Assembly (NCBI RefSeq): GCF_000260965.1
Contig: NC_017856.1
Coordinates: forward strand, 690,001-722,000
Origin: Methylophaga frappieri
GTDB taxonomy: Bacteria; Pseudomonadota; Gammaproteobacteria; Nitrosococcales; Methylophagaceae
Direction of reading: 5' to 3'
DNA: 32,000 nt
Below are positions 9,231 through 17,982 of this stretch, piece by piece; positions within the stretch are counted from its first letter, which is position 1, and each line of letters opens with the position of its first letter. Position numbers and translations under genes: made by a program. Under the pieces are notes generated by a model. That model was not told the origin of the DNA, did not search any database, and was given only the letters and a program-made list of their open reading frames with translations.

Positions 9231-11247
9231 GCGGATTCCTGACAATACCTTTTTCTGGCTGATGGCGACCCTTGCCATCATCGCCGTGCCCCACTTCGTT
9301 TATCAGCCCTTTTGGGTCACAGGACTGTTTGCCATCATGATGGGCTGGCGACTGGCTCATCATTATCGACAATGGCCGTTACCTGCTGATAAAACGATAC
9401 TGAAATGGCTGCATGGTCTCGCTGCCGTACTGACTATTATTCTGATGCTTACCAACTATGGCATGACTATTGGTCGTGATGCCGGTGTTGCCTTACTGAC
9501 TGTCATGTTGGCTTTCAAAGTGGTTGAAATCAATAATCGCCGGGATTTCTATCTGGTGTGTTTTTTGGGCTTCTTTTTAATTACCACCCACTTTTTTTAT
9601 AACCAAAGTATGCTGATGGTGATGGGCATGATCATCATGGTCATGTTGCTGATAGCCTCACTGATTCAACTTAATCAACCGCAGTACAACGGCGCCTTTC
9701 GGCTTAAATATGCCGGCATCTTACTGCTACAAGCGCTCCCAGTTATGCTGGTGTTATTCCTCTTGTTTCCCCGTATTCCCGGGCCTATCTGGGGATTACC
9801 AGAAACGAGCACGGCGACAGCCCAACAGTTACCTGATGGCGTCACTTTTGGTGAGCAAAGACGCTCATCAGGCAGCACGGGTATGTCCGAGCAATTACAA
9901 ATGGGACGAATCAGCGATGTGATATTGTCGGATGCCATCGCGTTTCGGGTGGCTTTTGTAGATGAGATTCCACCCATGTCAGAACGTTATTGGCGCGGGC
10001 CAGTTCTTTGGCAAACTGATGGTGCTGATTGGCGCCCGTTGGCTAAAAGGATGACAGAGACAGATGAACCTCGAATTTATACTGGCCAGTCTGACTATTC
10101 GTACACGGTGACAATTGAACCGCATGATAAGCACTGGTTATTTGCTTTAGATATGCCGGTCAATAGACCATCCGGTATTGCCGCTCAATTTTCCGCTGAT
10201 GGCTTGCTTTCAAGCCGACAGAAAATTACCCGTCGCAGCCAGTTTAGTCTTAAATCCCATACGCAATATCGGTTTAATCCTGAATTCGATAGCTTGCTTG
10301 ATGCGGCACTACAGTTACCTGATGACGCGCATCCACAAACCCGTCAACTGGCACAACGTCTTCTGGCGGAAAGTAATAACCAGCGTCAATTTATTGAAAA
10401 TGTGCTGGCCCATTTCAATACCGAGCCCTTTTATTACACGTTGTCCCCAGCTTTGCTACAAGACGATATTGTTGATGATTTTTTATTTAATGCTCGTGAG
10501 GGTTTCTGTGAGCATTATGCGGCGAGTTTTACCGTTTTAATGCGAGCTGCCGGCGTGCCGGCCAGAATTGTCACGGGTTATCAAGGTGGCGAGATTAACC
10601 CGGTTGACGATGTCATGGTGATCCGACAACGAGATGCACACGCATGGGTTGAAGTGTGGTTACCTGAAGCGGGGTGGGTTCGTGTCGATCCAACGGCAGC
10701 TGTCTCCCCTGAGAGAGTCGAGCAAGGCATTGACCGATTCTTACCAGAAAATCGTCGTTCAACAAAAACACCCACTGGTTCTGAGCAACTAGCAGCCGTC
10801 TGGTCCACCATAAAAAATAACTGGGCTGCACTCAATAATACCTGGGATATCTGGATTGTCGGCTATGGTCCCGGCATACAAAAATCGTTATTGAGCCAGT
10901 TAGGAATGCAACAACCAGATTGGCGAAAAATGGCTTTTTGGCTGGCTCTGTTCCTCGGTATTTTTTTTGTCATGATTGCAGTATTGATGCATTGGCACAG
11001 ACCGAGTAAAGATCCGGTAAGCCGATATTACCAGCTGTTTTGTCGACGTTTGGCACGGCTGGGTATTCATCGCCAGCCTGCTGAGGGGCCAACGGATTTT
11101 GCAGAGCGTGCTGGAACACTATTACCCGCGGAGAAACAAGCTATTTTGACGATATCCGATCATTACAGACGGCTTCGATATCGCGAAGATAGGCATCATA
11201 TTGATCAGTTCGTTTCAGCAGTCAAAGCCTTTCGTCCAAGCCGCTAA
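9220..11247 (+). CDS. tgpA: membrane-anchored transglutaminase-like protein (TgpA-like: DUF3488 + transglutaminase core + C-terminal TM)
   Basis: Multi-TM N-terminal region. Transglutaminase/cysteine-protease core 'EGFCEHYAASF' (Cys), 'RDAHAWVEVW' (His) and 'VRVDPT' (Asp). A late TM helix 'MAFWLALFLGIFFVMIAVLM'. Start set at ATG 9220, an 11-nt overlap with the DUF58 gene. Confidence 0.85.
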   Translation: MIAERIPDNTFFWLMATLAIIAVPHFVYQPFWVTGLFAIMMGWRLAHHYRQWPLPADKTILKWLHGLAAVLTIILMLTNYGMTIGRDAGVALLTVMLAFKVVEINNRRDFYLVCFLGFFLITTHFFYNQSMLMVMGMIIMVMLLIASLIQLNQPQYNGAFRLKYAGILLLQALPVMLVLFLLFPRIPGPIWGLPETSTATAQQLPDGVTFGEQRRSSGSTGMSEQLQMGRISDVILSDAIAFRVAFVDEIPPMSERYWRGPVLWQTDGADWRPLAKRMTETDEPRIYTGQSDYSYTVTIEPHDKHWLFALDMPVNRPSGIAAQFSADGLLSSRQKITRRSQFSLKSHTQYRFNPEFDSLLDAALQLPDDAHPQTRQLAQRLLAESNNQRQFIENVLAHFNTEPFYYTLSPALLQDDIVDDFLFNAREGFCEHYAASFTVLMRAAGVPARIVTGYQGGEINPVDDVMVIRQRDAHAWVEVWLPEAGWVRVDPTAAVSPERVEQGIDRFLPENRRSTKTPTGSEQLAAVWSTIKNNWAALNNTWDIWIVGYGPGIQKSLLSQLGMQQPDWRKMAFWLALFLGIFFVMIAVLMHWHRPSKDPVSRYYQLFCRRLARLGIHRQPAEGPTDFAERAGTLLPAEKQAILTISDHYRRLRYREDRHHIDQFVSAVKAFRPSR

Positions 11248-11311
11248 ATATCCACACTTTGCCTGACTTTGCGAATTAACGGAAAATACCCCTTTATTAG
11301 ATGACATATTG

Positions 11312-12064
11312 ATGGTTATGGCACACTCCAACCCGTTATTCGAACGAACACATATTCTTCTTGGCGACGTAGGCATCGAAAGACTGCAACAAGCACATAT
11401 TCTTATTGCGGGTATGGGCGGCGTCGGGTCTTTTACGGCTGAAGCCCTAGCCAGAATGGGAGTTGGCAAATTAACGTTGGTCGATCATGATGTCGTTTCA
11501 GCATCTAATCTGAATCGGCAGCTAGTCGCGTTGCGTTCAACCATCGATGTGCTGAAAGCGGATGTCATGGCAACCCGTATTGCCGAAATTAATCCTGATT
11601 GTCAGGTGCGGCGAATTACCGAATTTTTAACCCCTGACACTATCCCTGACTTACTTGATGACGGATTTGATGTCGTTGTTGATGCCATTGACAGTTTAAG
11701 CAGTAAAACGGCACTGATTGAAACGGCCTGGCGCTCTAATCTACCCATTTTTGCCAGTATGGGCGCCGGCGGTAAACTGGATCCTACCCAGATCAGGACG
11801 GGTGATTTAATGGATACCCAAATGTGCAAACTAGCCAAACACTTGCGTTCACGATTAAGAAAACACGGTGTCGGTAGAGGGATTCAAACTGTCTATTCGC
11901 TGGAATCGCCATTACCGCCTTTACCACCAGAACCGGTGAGTCGTGGAAGAGCACGCGCCGTGAACGGCACGGTGAGTTATATGCCATCTATTTTTGGACT
12001 GACCTTGGCCGGTTTAGTGACCAATCATCTCATTGGTGGGGCACGTCGTGACACCTCATCCTGA
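11312..12064 (+). CDS. tcdA: tRNA threonylcarbamoyladenosine dehydratase (ThiF/HesA-family, TcdA/CsdL-like)
   Basis: 'ILIAGMGGVGSFTAEALARMGVGKLTLVDHDVVSASNLNRQ' is an E1-like Rossmann motif. Size (~250 aa) and the C-terminal hydrophobic segment match TcdA. ATG 11312 or 11318 are both possible; the track starts at TTG 11309. Confidence 0.8.
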   Translation: MVMAHSNPLFERTHILLGDVGIERLQQAHILIAGMGGVGSFTAEALARMGVGKLTLVDHDVVSASNLNRQLVALRSTIDVLKADVMATRIAEINPDCQVRRITEFLTPDTIPDLLDDGFDVVVDAIDSLSSKTALIETAWRSNLPIFASMGAGGKLDPTQIRTGDLMDTQMCKLAKHLRSRLRKHGVGRGIQTVYSLESPLPPLPPEPVSRGRARAVNGTVSYMPSIFGLTLAGLVTNHLIGGARRDTSS

Positions 12065-12101
12065 AAATCTATCTTGCGTTCAATGTTGCGGTGAAACACG
12101 G

Positions 12102-12563
12102 ATGTCATCGCTCCGGAACCTGCTGAAACGGTATGGCTTGGAAGTCATCCCCGTCGAAGATGATCGCCCTATTCCTGGCAGTTTTTTTGGCGATAGTGAA
12201 GCCGGTCTGATTGGGGATCAGCTCTTCGTTCGACCTGATACACCCATTCACTCAGCACTGCACGAAGCTGGACACTTTATCTGCATGGATAATAGCCGCC
12301 GGCAACAGCTTAATACCGATGCGGCGGGTGATTATGATGAAGAAAATGGCGTCTGTTATTTGCAAATTTTGCTGAGCGACTATGTATCTGGAATGGGGCG
12401 CGATCGAATGATGCAAGACATGGATAGTTGGGGCTATAGTTTCCGTTTGGGCAGTGCCCGTGCGTGGTTTGAGCAGGATGCTGAAGACGCCCACCAATGG
12501 CTGCGCGACCATCAACTGATTGACACAAATTCACAACCGACTTTTTTGCTTCGCCAGCAGTGA
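12102..12563 (+). CDS. hypothetical protein with HExxH motif (possible small zinc metallohydrolase)
   Basis: 153-aa ORF from ATG 12102. 'SALHEAGHFICMD' contains an HExxH motif. No family recognised. The track's N-terminal extension (12033-12101) overlaps tcdA. Confidence 0.55.
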   Translation: MSSLRNLLKRYGLEVIPVEDDRPIPGSFFGDSEAGLIGDQLFVRPDTPIHSALHEAGHFICMDNSRRQQLNTDAAGDYDEENGVCYLQILLSDYVSGMGRDRMMQDMDSWGYSFRLGSARAWFEQDAEDAHQWLRDHQLIDTNSQPTFLLRQQ

Positions 12564-12604
12564 TTGCTTATGCTTAAACCTCAACCTTATAACAGGAAGT
12601 ATTC

Positions 12605-13096
12605 ATGTCTGATATCCAATCCCCCGTAACCGATTTGCTGGACGAAAAGAATATTGATTACACGGTGATTGATATTCCCATGAGTGAAGATAAGAAGCCC
12701 ATCCGAGACCTTGAACAATGGCTGCGTGATGAAGGTCGAGATCCGAACTCGGTGGTGAGAAGCCTCTTATTTAAAACGGGATCAGATAAATTTGCACTGT
12801 TAGCGGTTGCTGGAGGTGGTCGTGCTGATTGGGCAATATTACGCGCCCAGCTTGGAGAGAAAAAACTGCGCATGGCCGAATTTGATGAAGTTTCGGCGGC
12901 AACTGGCTATGTTGTTGGCGCGGTTCCGCCGATTGCCTTGCCAGAAAATATCGTCGTTTTGGTTGATAACAGCGTCAATCAATACCATGACGTCATCATT
13001 GGCAGTGGTATGCTGGGCTATGCGTTGGCATTAACCGCCTCAGATCTTTTAAGCTTGTTAGCAACGGCACCCATGGCTACATTTACGCAATCTTGA
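12605..13096 (+). CDS. YbaK/EbsC-family aminoacyl-tRNA editing (deacylase) domain protein
   Basis: 163 aa, the same size class as YbaK. 'SLLFKTGSDKFALLAVAGGGRADW' (conserved Lys region) and 'GYVVGAVPPIAL' resemble the YbaK/ProX fold blocks. AGGAAG lies 5 nt upstream of the ATG. Confidence 0.7.
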   Translation: MSDIQSPVTDLLDEKNIDYTVIDIPMSEDKKPIRDLEQWLRDEGRDPNSVVRSLLFKTGSDKFALLAVAGGGRADWAILRAQLGEKKLRMAEFDEVSAATGYVVGAVPPIALPENIVVLVDNSVNQYHDVIIGSGMLGYALALTASDLLSLLATAPMATFTQS

Positions 13097-13146
13097 CTCG
13101 TCCGATTTATATGATTGATGCGCTTAATTGGCTTATTTACCTGCTT

Positions 13147-13171
13147 TCAATCTCATTAAGTTGAGAATTGA
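13147..13171 (+). terminator. weak candidate stem-loop downstream of the ybaK-like gene
   Basis: TCAATCTCA (13147-13155) pairs with TGAGAATTGA (13162-13171) with one bulged A and a 6-nt loop. The stem is AT-rich and is followed by only a loosely T-rich stretch, so it is not a canonical intrinsic terminator. Confidence 0.2.
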
Positions 13172-13295
13172 TGGCTTTCCATTTCGCCACAGTGCCTCTA
13201 ATGTCATCAAGCAGATGACAACAATTGTTTGGCGTATGAACAAATTTAGCCATCCGCAGTCATAATAATTCCTACTTCTGTTAGGCGAGAACTTA

Positions 13296-14165
13296 ATGAT
13301 GAATCGGCATAGCATTCTTTGGTACGGTGTTATGGGTTTCATCACCCTGACCGGATCTACCACACTGAGAGCTGAATCCCGTTTTCAAAATCATAATAAG
13401 GCTTATCAAGCTGGGATTGAGAGTTTAAAACGTCAGGCTCAGAACTATCGCCATCCAGATTTCACCGGTCAGCGCGGCCAACATTTTCGCTATCGACCAA
13501 ATGGGAATTGGCGTCCCAAAATTAGAGATAATCGACCGTTTAATAGCATCTCAAAACCCTACCACTGGCGGCATGGCATTTATCGCAATCCCCGCCATCC
13601 AAAGCCAAGCTATCCAACACGCAGTTATCTCGGAATCAATGTCGTTGCACCGGTGATTTATTCCTCTCAGTATCAGCACACCGTGCGTCCGCTACTGATT
13701 TCTCCGCCCACATCGGAAAGCTTTCGATCTTCCCCCATTATTGAGCCGCAATCGTCTCTTAATCCTTGGCTTGATTTGGGTAACTTTCAGACAACCCAGG
13801 CGTTAAATGGCTTTAACATTCAGTCACAACGTGAACCGAATAATGCCTTGCCTAAAATTGGAGTCGCTTTGACCAACGCCTTGCGAGGTCAACACATCGA
13901 AGCAGAGCGGCTGTTGAATAAAGCGCTTTTAGCAGATGTCAGTGAGCTACAATTCTTTCGTGCCGATGCCAATCTGGCATTAGTGCTTGACGACATTCAT
14001 CGTCACTTCACGCATCCGGACTCTGCCTTGATGCAGGCGATGTTGCATTATTTACGCGCGGATTATCGTGCGGCACAAGCCAGATTAGATGTGGCCCAGA
14101 AAACCTGTACCGGTTGCCAGGCTGAGCAGAACCTGCAGTATCTGCTCAGCCGGCAAAATAGTTGA
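13296..14165 (+). CDS. hypothetical secreted protein (basic Arg/His/Pro/aromatic-rich N-region, helical C-terminal domain)
   Basis: 289-aa ORF with a signal-peptide-like N-terminus 'ILWYGVMGFITLTGSTTLRA'. No family recognised. AGGCGAG lies upstream of ATG 13296. Confidence 0.55.
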   Translation: MMNRHSILWYGVMGFITLTGSTTLRAESRFQNHNKAYQAGIESLKRQAQNYRHPDFTGQRGQHFRYRPNGNWRPKIRDNRPFNSISKPYHWRHGIYRNPRHPKPSYPTRSYLGINVVAPVIYSSQYQHTVRPLLISPPTSESFRSSPIIEPQSSLNPWLDLGNFQTTQALNGFNIQSQREPNNALPKIGVALTNALRGQHIEAERLLNKALLADVSELQFFRADANLALVLDDIHRHFTHPDSALMQAMLHYLRADYRAAQARLDVAQKTCTGCQAEQNLQYLLSRQNS

Positions 14166-14166
14166 A

Positions 14167-16461
14167 CTATTCTTCGTCAAAATCGCCTTTGTAACTTGGA
14201 TTGGCCTCACTGCGCTTGTCCGATCCCGCTTGAGGCGAAGATTCAGCTTGTTGCTGTAGCTTTTTAGGCATATCCATCACCCGAATTGGCGCAGGCGGTG
14301 CTTTTCCGTCTTTATCCTCGCCAAAGTAAAGTGTCAGATGCGGGAATGGTATTTCAATACCCGCTGCATCCAGGTGTCTTTTAACTAAACGATTGTACTC
14401 ACGACCAATACCCCACTGACTGCCCGGCAAGGTTTTAATGCGCACCCGAATATTCACGGCACTGTCTGCCAGTGCCGTTACGCCATGCACTTCAAGTTCG
14501 TCCGAGAGGAGCTTGCTGCGATGCTCGTCATTGGCCAGCAATTCATCAAATGCTTCTCGCAACTTGATAATAACTTCGTCCGTATCTTCACGATAGGCAA
14601 CGCCATACTCACCAACGTGATAAGCGAACCCGCGCATGTAATTAGAGACAATATCAACGGACGAGAACGGAATGACATGGTAAGTGCCAGACAAATCACG
14701 CATGCCCATGGAGCGAATCGTTAATTTCTCTGCAGTACCACTCAGGCCCCCTGCCGTCACGACATCACCTACGCTAATGGCATTTTCCATTTGGATAAAC
14801 ACGCCGGTGATCACATCCTGCACCAGTTTTTGCGCACCAAAGCCAATGGCCAGGCCCAAGACACCCGCGCCAGCCAGTAATGGTCCGATATTAATGCCAA
14901 TCTCCGACAGGACAATCATTAGCGTCATAATAATTAACGCAATTGCCGAGGCATTACGGAAAATAGTCAATAAAGTTTTTTCTCGAGCCGTTGGACCATC
15001 GCCCTCGCCCTGTGGATTCAAACGATGCTCAATCCAACTTGCCAAGGCAATCCAGATCAACATGGCAACGACTAAAATTGCCGCAACCGTTAATAGTGTT
15101 GCCACAACATGTAATCCAACCGGTGAGGCTAACCAAGCCGGCAAGTTAAATAGATTCCAAGCATCTAGGACAACCGCGACCACAGCAATCAGCACCACAA
15201 TCCGAAACGTCTGGAAAATTTTGGGCATAAAGCTGTTCAGCCGAGTTTCCAGCATCGGGTATTGCGTTTGCAGACGTGATTGAATTTGCAAGGGTTGATT
15301 CAAATAGGTTGCGGCCAGATTCACAAGTAATAAACCCATCACGATTGCAGCCAGAGTTTGCACCGTGGCCATTAGAATAACCGGCAAGGCGGTAGCCGGT
15401 TGTAGCAGCATCGTTCCGGCCAAAACAGCAAAATAGATGGTTGCCAGAATATGCCAGCTTCTGGCCAGCATCCCTAAGCCGATTCGGCTGAGACTGAAAG
15501 TAGCTGCGCGTGCTTCAAGTTGTAACTGGTTTTTTACCGGCGTGCGCTGGTGCCAGATGGTTAGCACGGCATAAACAAAAGCAAACAGCACAATAATCAC
15601 ACTTAATAATTGTGCAACCGCTTCAGAAAACGTATTCGCAACCACCGGCACAACAAGCAACACACCGTATCCGATAAAGTTGGTCAGCCTGTTTAACCAG
15701 CTATGCCAATAATGTGCTGTTTCATCCATCATGGGCAGCCATCTCAGCCCGGCATTCTTGGGTGCAAAGATGGATCTCAGTAAGACTTTGAAAACTTCGA
15801 TGGCTAAAAATGCATTCAGGAAAAGCGTTTGCGTAATCTGCATTTCCCCATCACTGCCAACAGCAAATAAAGCCACGGCATAACCGGCGACCCAAGCGAT
15901 GGCAACCACGATCAAGTCAACAATAATCGAAGCAATAATGGCTAAAGTTCTGCGAATAATAGCATCACGATGCGTATTTTCAGCCCACTGATTAACCCGG
16001 AAAAAGATCTTTCTGGCAATCCCTCTGACCAACCAGAAAACGACCAGTGTGGCTGCAATGACAACAAACAGATAACCCAAGTCCGTGAGCATTGTTGACC
16101 AGGTATGAGACGATTGCTCGCTGCCTAGCGTACTGACCGCTTGCACACTTCGCCCAATCGTACTCACCAAGTCTTGGGCGACTTTTTGGGTATCATCAGC
16201 AATTTGTCGAGCAAAAGAGGGGCTTTGCTCCGCTTCAGCCTCGCTCATGGCCGGCGTGTCAGCAGATTGTTGCCGCAACTCATCGATCAATTGCTGTCGG
16301 GTTTCTGGATTTTCCAGCATATCTGCCAATAATTCCGACGACAGCTTGGACTCGCTGCCAGATGCAGCTTCATCAGCCCACACCTGATTGATGGAAAACA
16401 CACTTAAAAACAGCGTTAAGATAAGTGGTAACCCGCCCATTCGCATCATAATTTGACGCAC
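14167..16461 (-). CDS. MscS-family mechanosensitive channel (large YbiO/MscK-like paralogue)
   Basis: 764 aa: signal peptide, acidic periplasmic region and about 10 TM helices. The canonical MscS pore and beta-domain block is 'AGAGVLGLAIGFGAQKLVQDVITGVFIQMENAISVGDVV'. It starts at GTG 16461, preceded by GGGGGA. Confidence 0.9.
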   Translation of the reverse strand: MRQIMMRMGGLPLILTLFLSVFSINQVWADEAASGSESKLSSELLADMLENPETRQQLIDELRQQSADTPAMSEAEAEQSPSFARQIADDTQKVAQDLVSTIGRSVQAVSTLGSEQSSHTWSTMLTDLGYLFVVIAATLVVFWLVRGIARKIFFRVNQWAENTHRDAIIRRTLAIIASIIVDLIVVAIAWVAGYAVALFAVGSDGEMQITQTLFLNAFLAIEVFKVLLRSIFAPKNAGLRWLPMMDETAHYWHSWLNRLTNFIGYGVLLVVPVVANTFSEAVAQLLSVIIVLFAFVYAVLTIWHQRTPVKNQLQLEARAATFSLSRIGLGMLARSWHILATIYFAVLAGTMLLQPATALPVILMATVQTLAAIVMGLLLVNLAATYLNQPLQIQSRLQTQYPMLETRLNSFMPKIFQTFRIVVLIAVVAVVLDAWNLFNLPAWLASPVGLHVVATLLTVAAILVVAMLIWIALASWIEHRLNPQGEGDGPTAREKTLLTIFRNASAIALIIMTLMIVLSEIGINIGPLLAGAGVLGLAIGFGAQKLVQDVITGVFIQMENAISVGDVVTAGGLSGTAEKLTIRSMGMRDLSGTYHVIPFSSVDIVSNYMRGFAYHVGEYGVAYREDTDEVIIKLREAFDELLANDEHRSKLLSDELEVHGVTALADSAVNIRVRIKTLPGSQWGIGREYNRLVKRHLDAAGIEIPFPHLTLYFGEDKDGKAPPAPIRVMDMPKKLQQQAESSPQAGSDKRSEANPSYKGDFDEE

Positions 16462-16650
16462 AAATCCCCCTTTGATCTGGTCATCATTGAGTCAGTGATT
16501 GCATATTGATTGTTCACAACCAGTATACAAACCCTTACTCTCGCCTTCAAACAAGGCCGTCCGGCCTGATTCAAAAATCAGGACTAAAGGGTTTTGCTAC
16601 ACTGCAACATCTGCTATCAAGAATTGGATACGAATTGGGTAACCCATGAC

Positions 16651-17325
16651 ATGACCGAACCTCGCTTATACCGGCGTCTAACGTTGATTTTGCAAACCAT
16701 TTTGATCTTTGGGTTACTGGGCTCGATATGGGAACAGCAATGGCTAAATGCCGTATTAACTGCTGGCATTATCACCTTGACGTTGTATCCCGTATTTCTA
16801 AAACACCAGTTTCAGGTGCGTATTCCCGCTGAGTTTCAATTATTAACGATTGTTTTTGTCTTTGCGGCAGTCTTTTTGGGAGAGATACATGATTATTACG
16901 GTCGTTTCTGGTGGTGGGATCTACTACTTCACACCACCTCTGGACTTTTGTTAGGAGTAATTGGCTTCCTGCTCGTCTATGTCCTTAATGAGAGTGAAAA
17001 AATTGATTTGCAACTGAGACCGGGATTTGTCGCTCTGTTCGCTTTTCTGTTTGCCCTCGGTGTCGGCACATTATGGGAAATTTTTGAGTTTGCCATGGAC
17101 ACGCTTTTTGGACTCAATATGCAAAAAACCATGTTTAGTGACACCACCGGTTTAACGGATACCATGTGGGATCTGATGGTTGATGCTATCGGCGCGCTGA
17201 TGATGAGCTTGCTTGGATACGGCTATTTAAATAAATCCAGTAGCAATGGCTTTCTAGCGCGATTTATTCAACGTTTTATTCGCATAAATCCAGGATTATT
17301 CCATCGCCGAAAAAACAATAAGTGA
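16651..17325 (+). CDS. hypothetical polytopic membrane protein (motifs reminiscent of the YjdF/DUF2238 class)
   Basis: About 6 TM segments. Charged and aromatic intramembrane motifs 'WWWDLLLHTTSG', 'LWEIFEFAMD' and 'MWDLMVDAIGA'. Start moved to ATG 16651. The family resemblance is from memory only. Confidence 0.6.
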   Translation: MTEPRLYRRLTLILQTILIFGLLGSIWEQQWLNAVLTAGIITLTLYPVFLKHQFQVRIPAEFQLLTIVFVFAAVFLGEIHDYYGRFWWWDLLLHTTSGLLLGVIGFLLVYVLNESEKIDLQLRPGFVALFAFLFALGVGTLWEIFEFAMDTLFGLNMQKTMFSDTTGLTDTMWDLMVDAIGALMMSLLGYGYLNKSSSNGFLARFIQRFIRINPGLFHRRKNNK

Positions 17326-17367
17326 CTCAAGTTTAATTCCTGACCATTAATGGGTTAATATCAAAAT

Positions 17368-17398
17368 CTGAGTGCTTTATCCGCTCAGCTTCTTTTTT
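17368..17398 (+). terminator. Rho-independent terminator
   Basis: CUGAGUG (17368-17374) pairs with CGCUCAG (17382-17388), giving 7 bp including one G-U, with a 7-nt loop. It is followed by CUUCUUUUUU. It lies 43 nt after the stop of the 16651..17325 gene. Confidence 0.6.
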
Positions 17399-17421
17399 AG
17401 ATTATCACCGGAGTACGATGT

Positions 17422-17904
17422 ATGCCTTTTCAACGTTTTCTTGTCAGTCTGTTAGGCATCATCCTGCTCATCAATCTGACTGGGTGTGATGCACAAGAAG
17501 AGTCGGAAACAGTCGATGCACTGCTTCAACAAGAAGAAAAGCCTTTGCCTCTCTGGCTGGATGGTGAGGTCGATATGACTCCGCAAGTGTGGTTGGTCGA
17601 ACGCAGTATTGCTGAAGTGTCTGATAAGGAAGCCGAGGTACAACGCACTGCTGAGTTATTGTTGGTTGCCGCAGATCGGTTTGGCGAAAGCCACCGGATG
17701 ATTGCCAATCGTTCGGCACAATTAGAAGATATGCTGCAAGAGCAACACTATAACGAAACGGCCGTGGATCTCTTGGCTTGGTTCGTTGACCTGCCTAGCA
17801 CAAAGTCTCCGCATAGTTACTCAGCGTTGTGCCAATATTATTACAACCTGCGCACCAAAGGTCTGGAAAAACTGGCTATTCAAGATAGTCTGCTAACAAT
17901 GTAA
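17422..17904 (+). CDS. hypothetical lipoprotein
   Basis: 160 aa with signal peptide and lipobox 'LLINLTGC', then an acidic mature N-terminus. No family recognised. Confidence 0.6.
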   Translation: MPFQRFLVSLLGIILLINLTGCDAQEESETVDALLQQEEKPLPLWLDGEVDMTPQVWLVERSIAEVSDKEAEVQRTAELLLVAADRFGESHRMIANRSAQLEDMLQEQHYNETAVDLLAWFVDLPSTKSPHSYSALCQYYYNLRTKGLEKLAIQDSLLTM

Positions 17905-17920
17905 AACGGCTTTTTCACCT

Positions 17921-17948
17921 TTGTCAAAGAGATACTGCCCGGTATAAT
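17921..17948 (+). promoter_or_regulatory. candidate sigma70 promoter for the MFS transporter gene
   Basis: TTGTCA (17921-17926), a 16-nt spacer, then a perfect TATAAT (17943-17948), 35 nt upstream of ATG 17983. Confidence 0.45.
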
Positions 17949-17982
17949 TTCGTTTTATTTATTAGCGCTTAACGTTATCTCA

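Noticed and set aside
13133-13363. 76-aa minus-strand ORF in the 200-bp gap after the ybaK-like gene
   Set aside because: It overlaps the start and signal-peptide region of the better-supported plus-strand gene at 13296. It has no SD and no recognisable motif. A much shorter peptide cannot be excluded, but I cannot support one.
14684-15283. 199-aa plus-strand ORF, along with other 60-110-aa ORFs such as 14485..14724, 26940..27257, 27263..27535, 28257..28688 and 30804..31136, all lying antisense to long well-supported genes
   Set aside because: They lie entirely inside strongly supported CDSs (MscS-family channel, ALDH, M24, M20D). Their composition is low-complexity and Ser/Thr/Pro/Arg-rich, they have no SD, and they show no recognisable motifs. 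These are typical antisense-frame artefacts.
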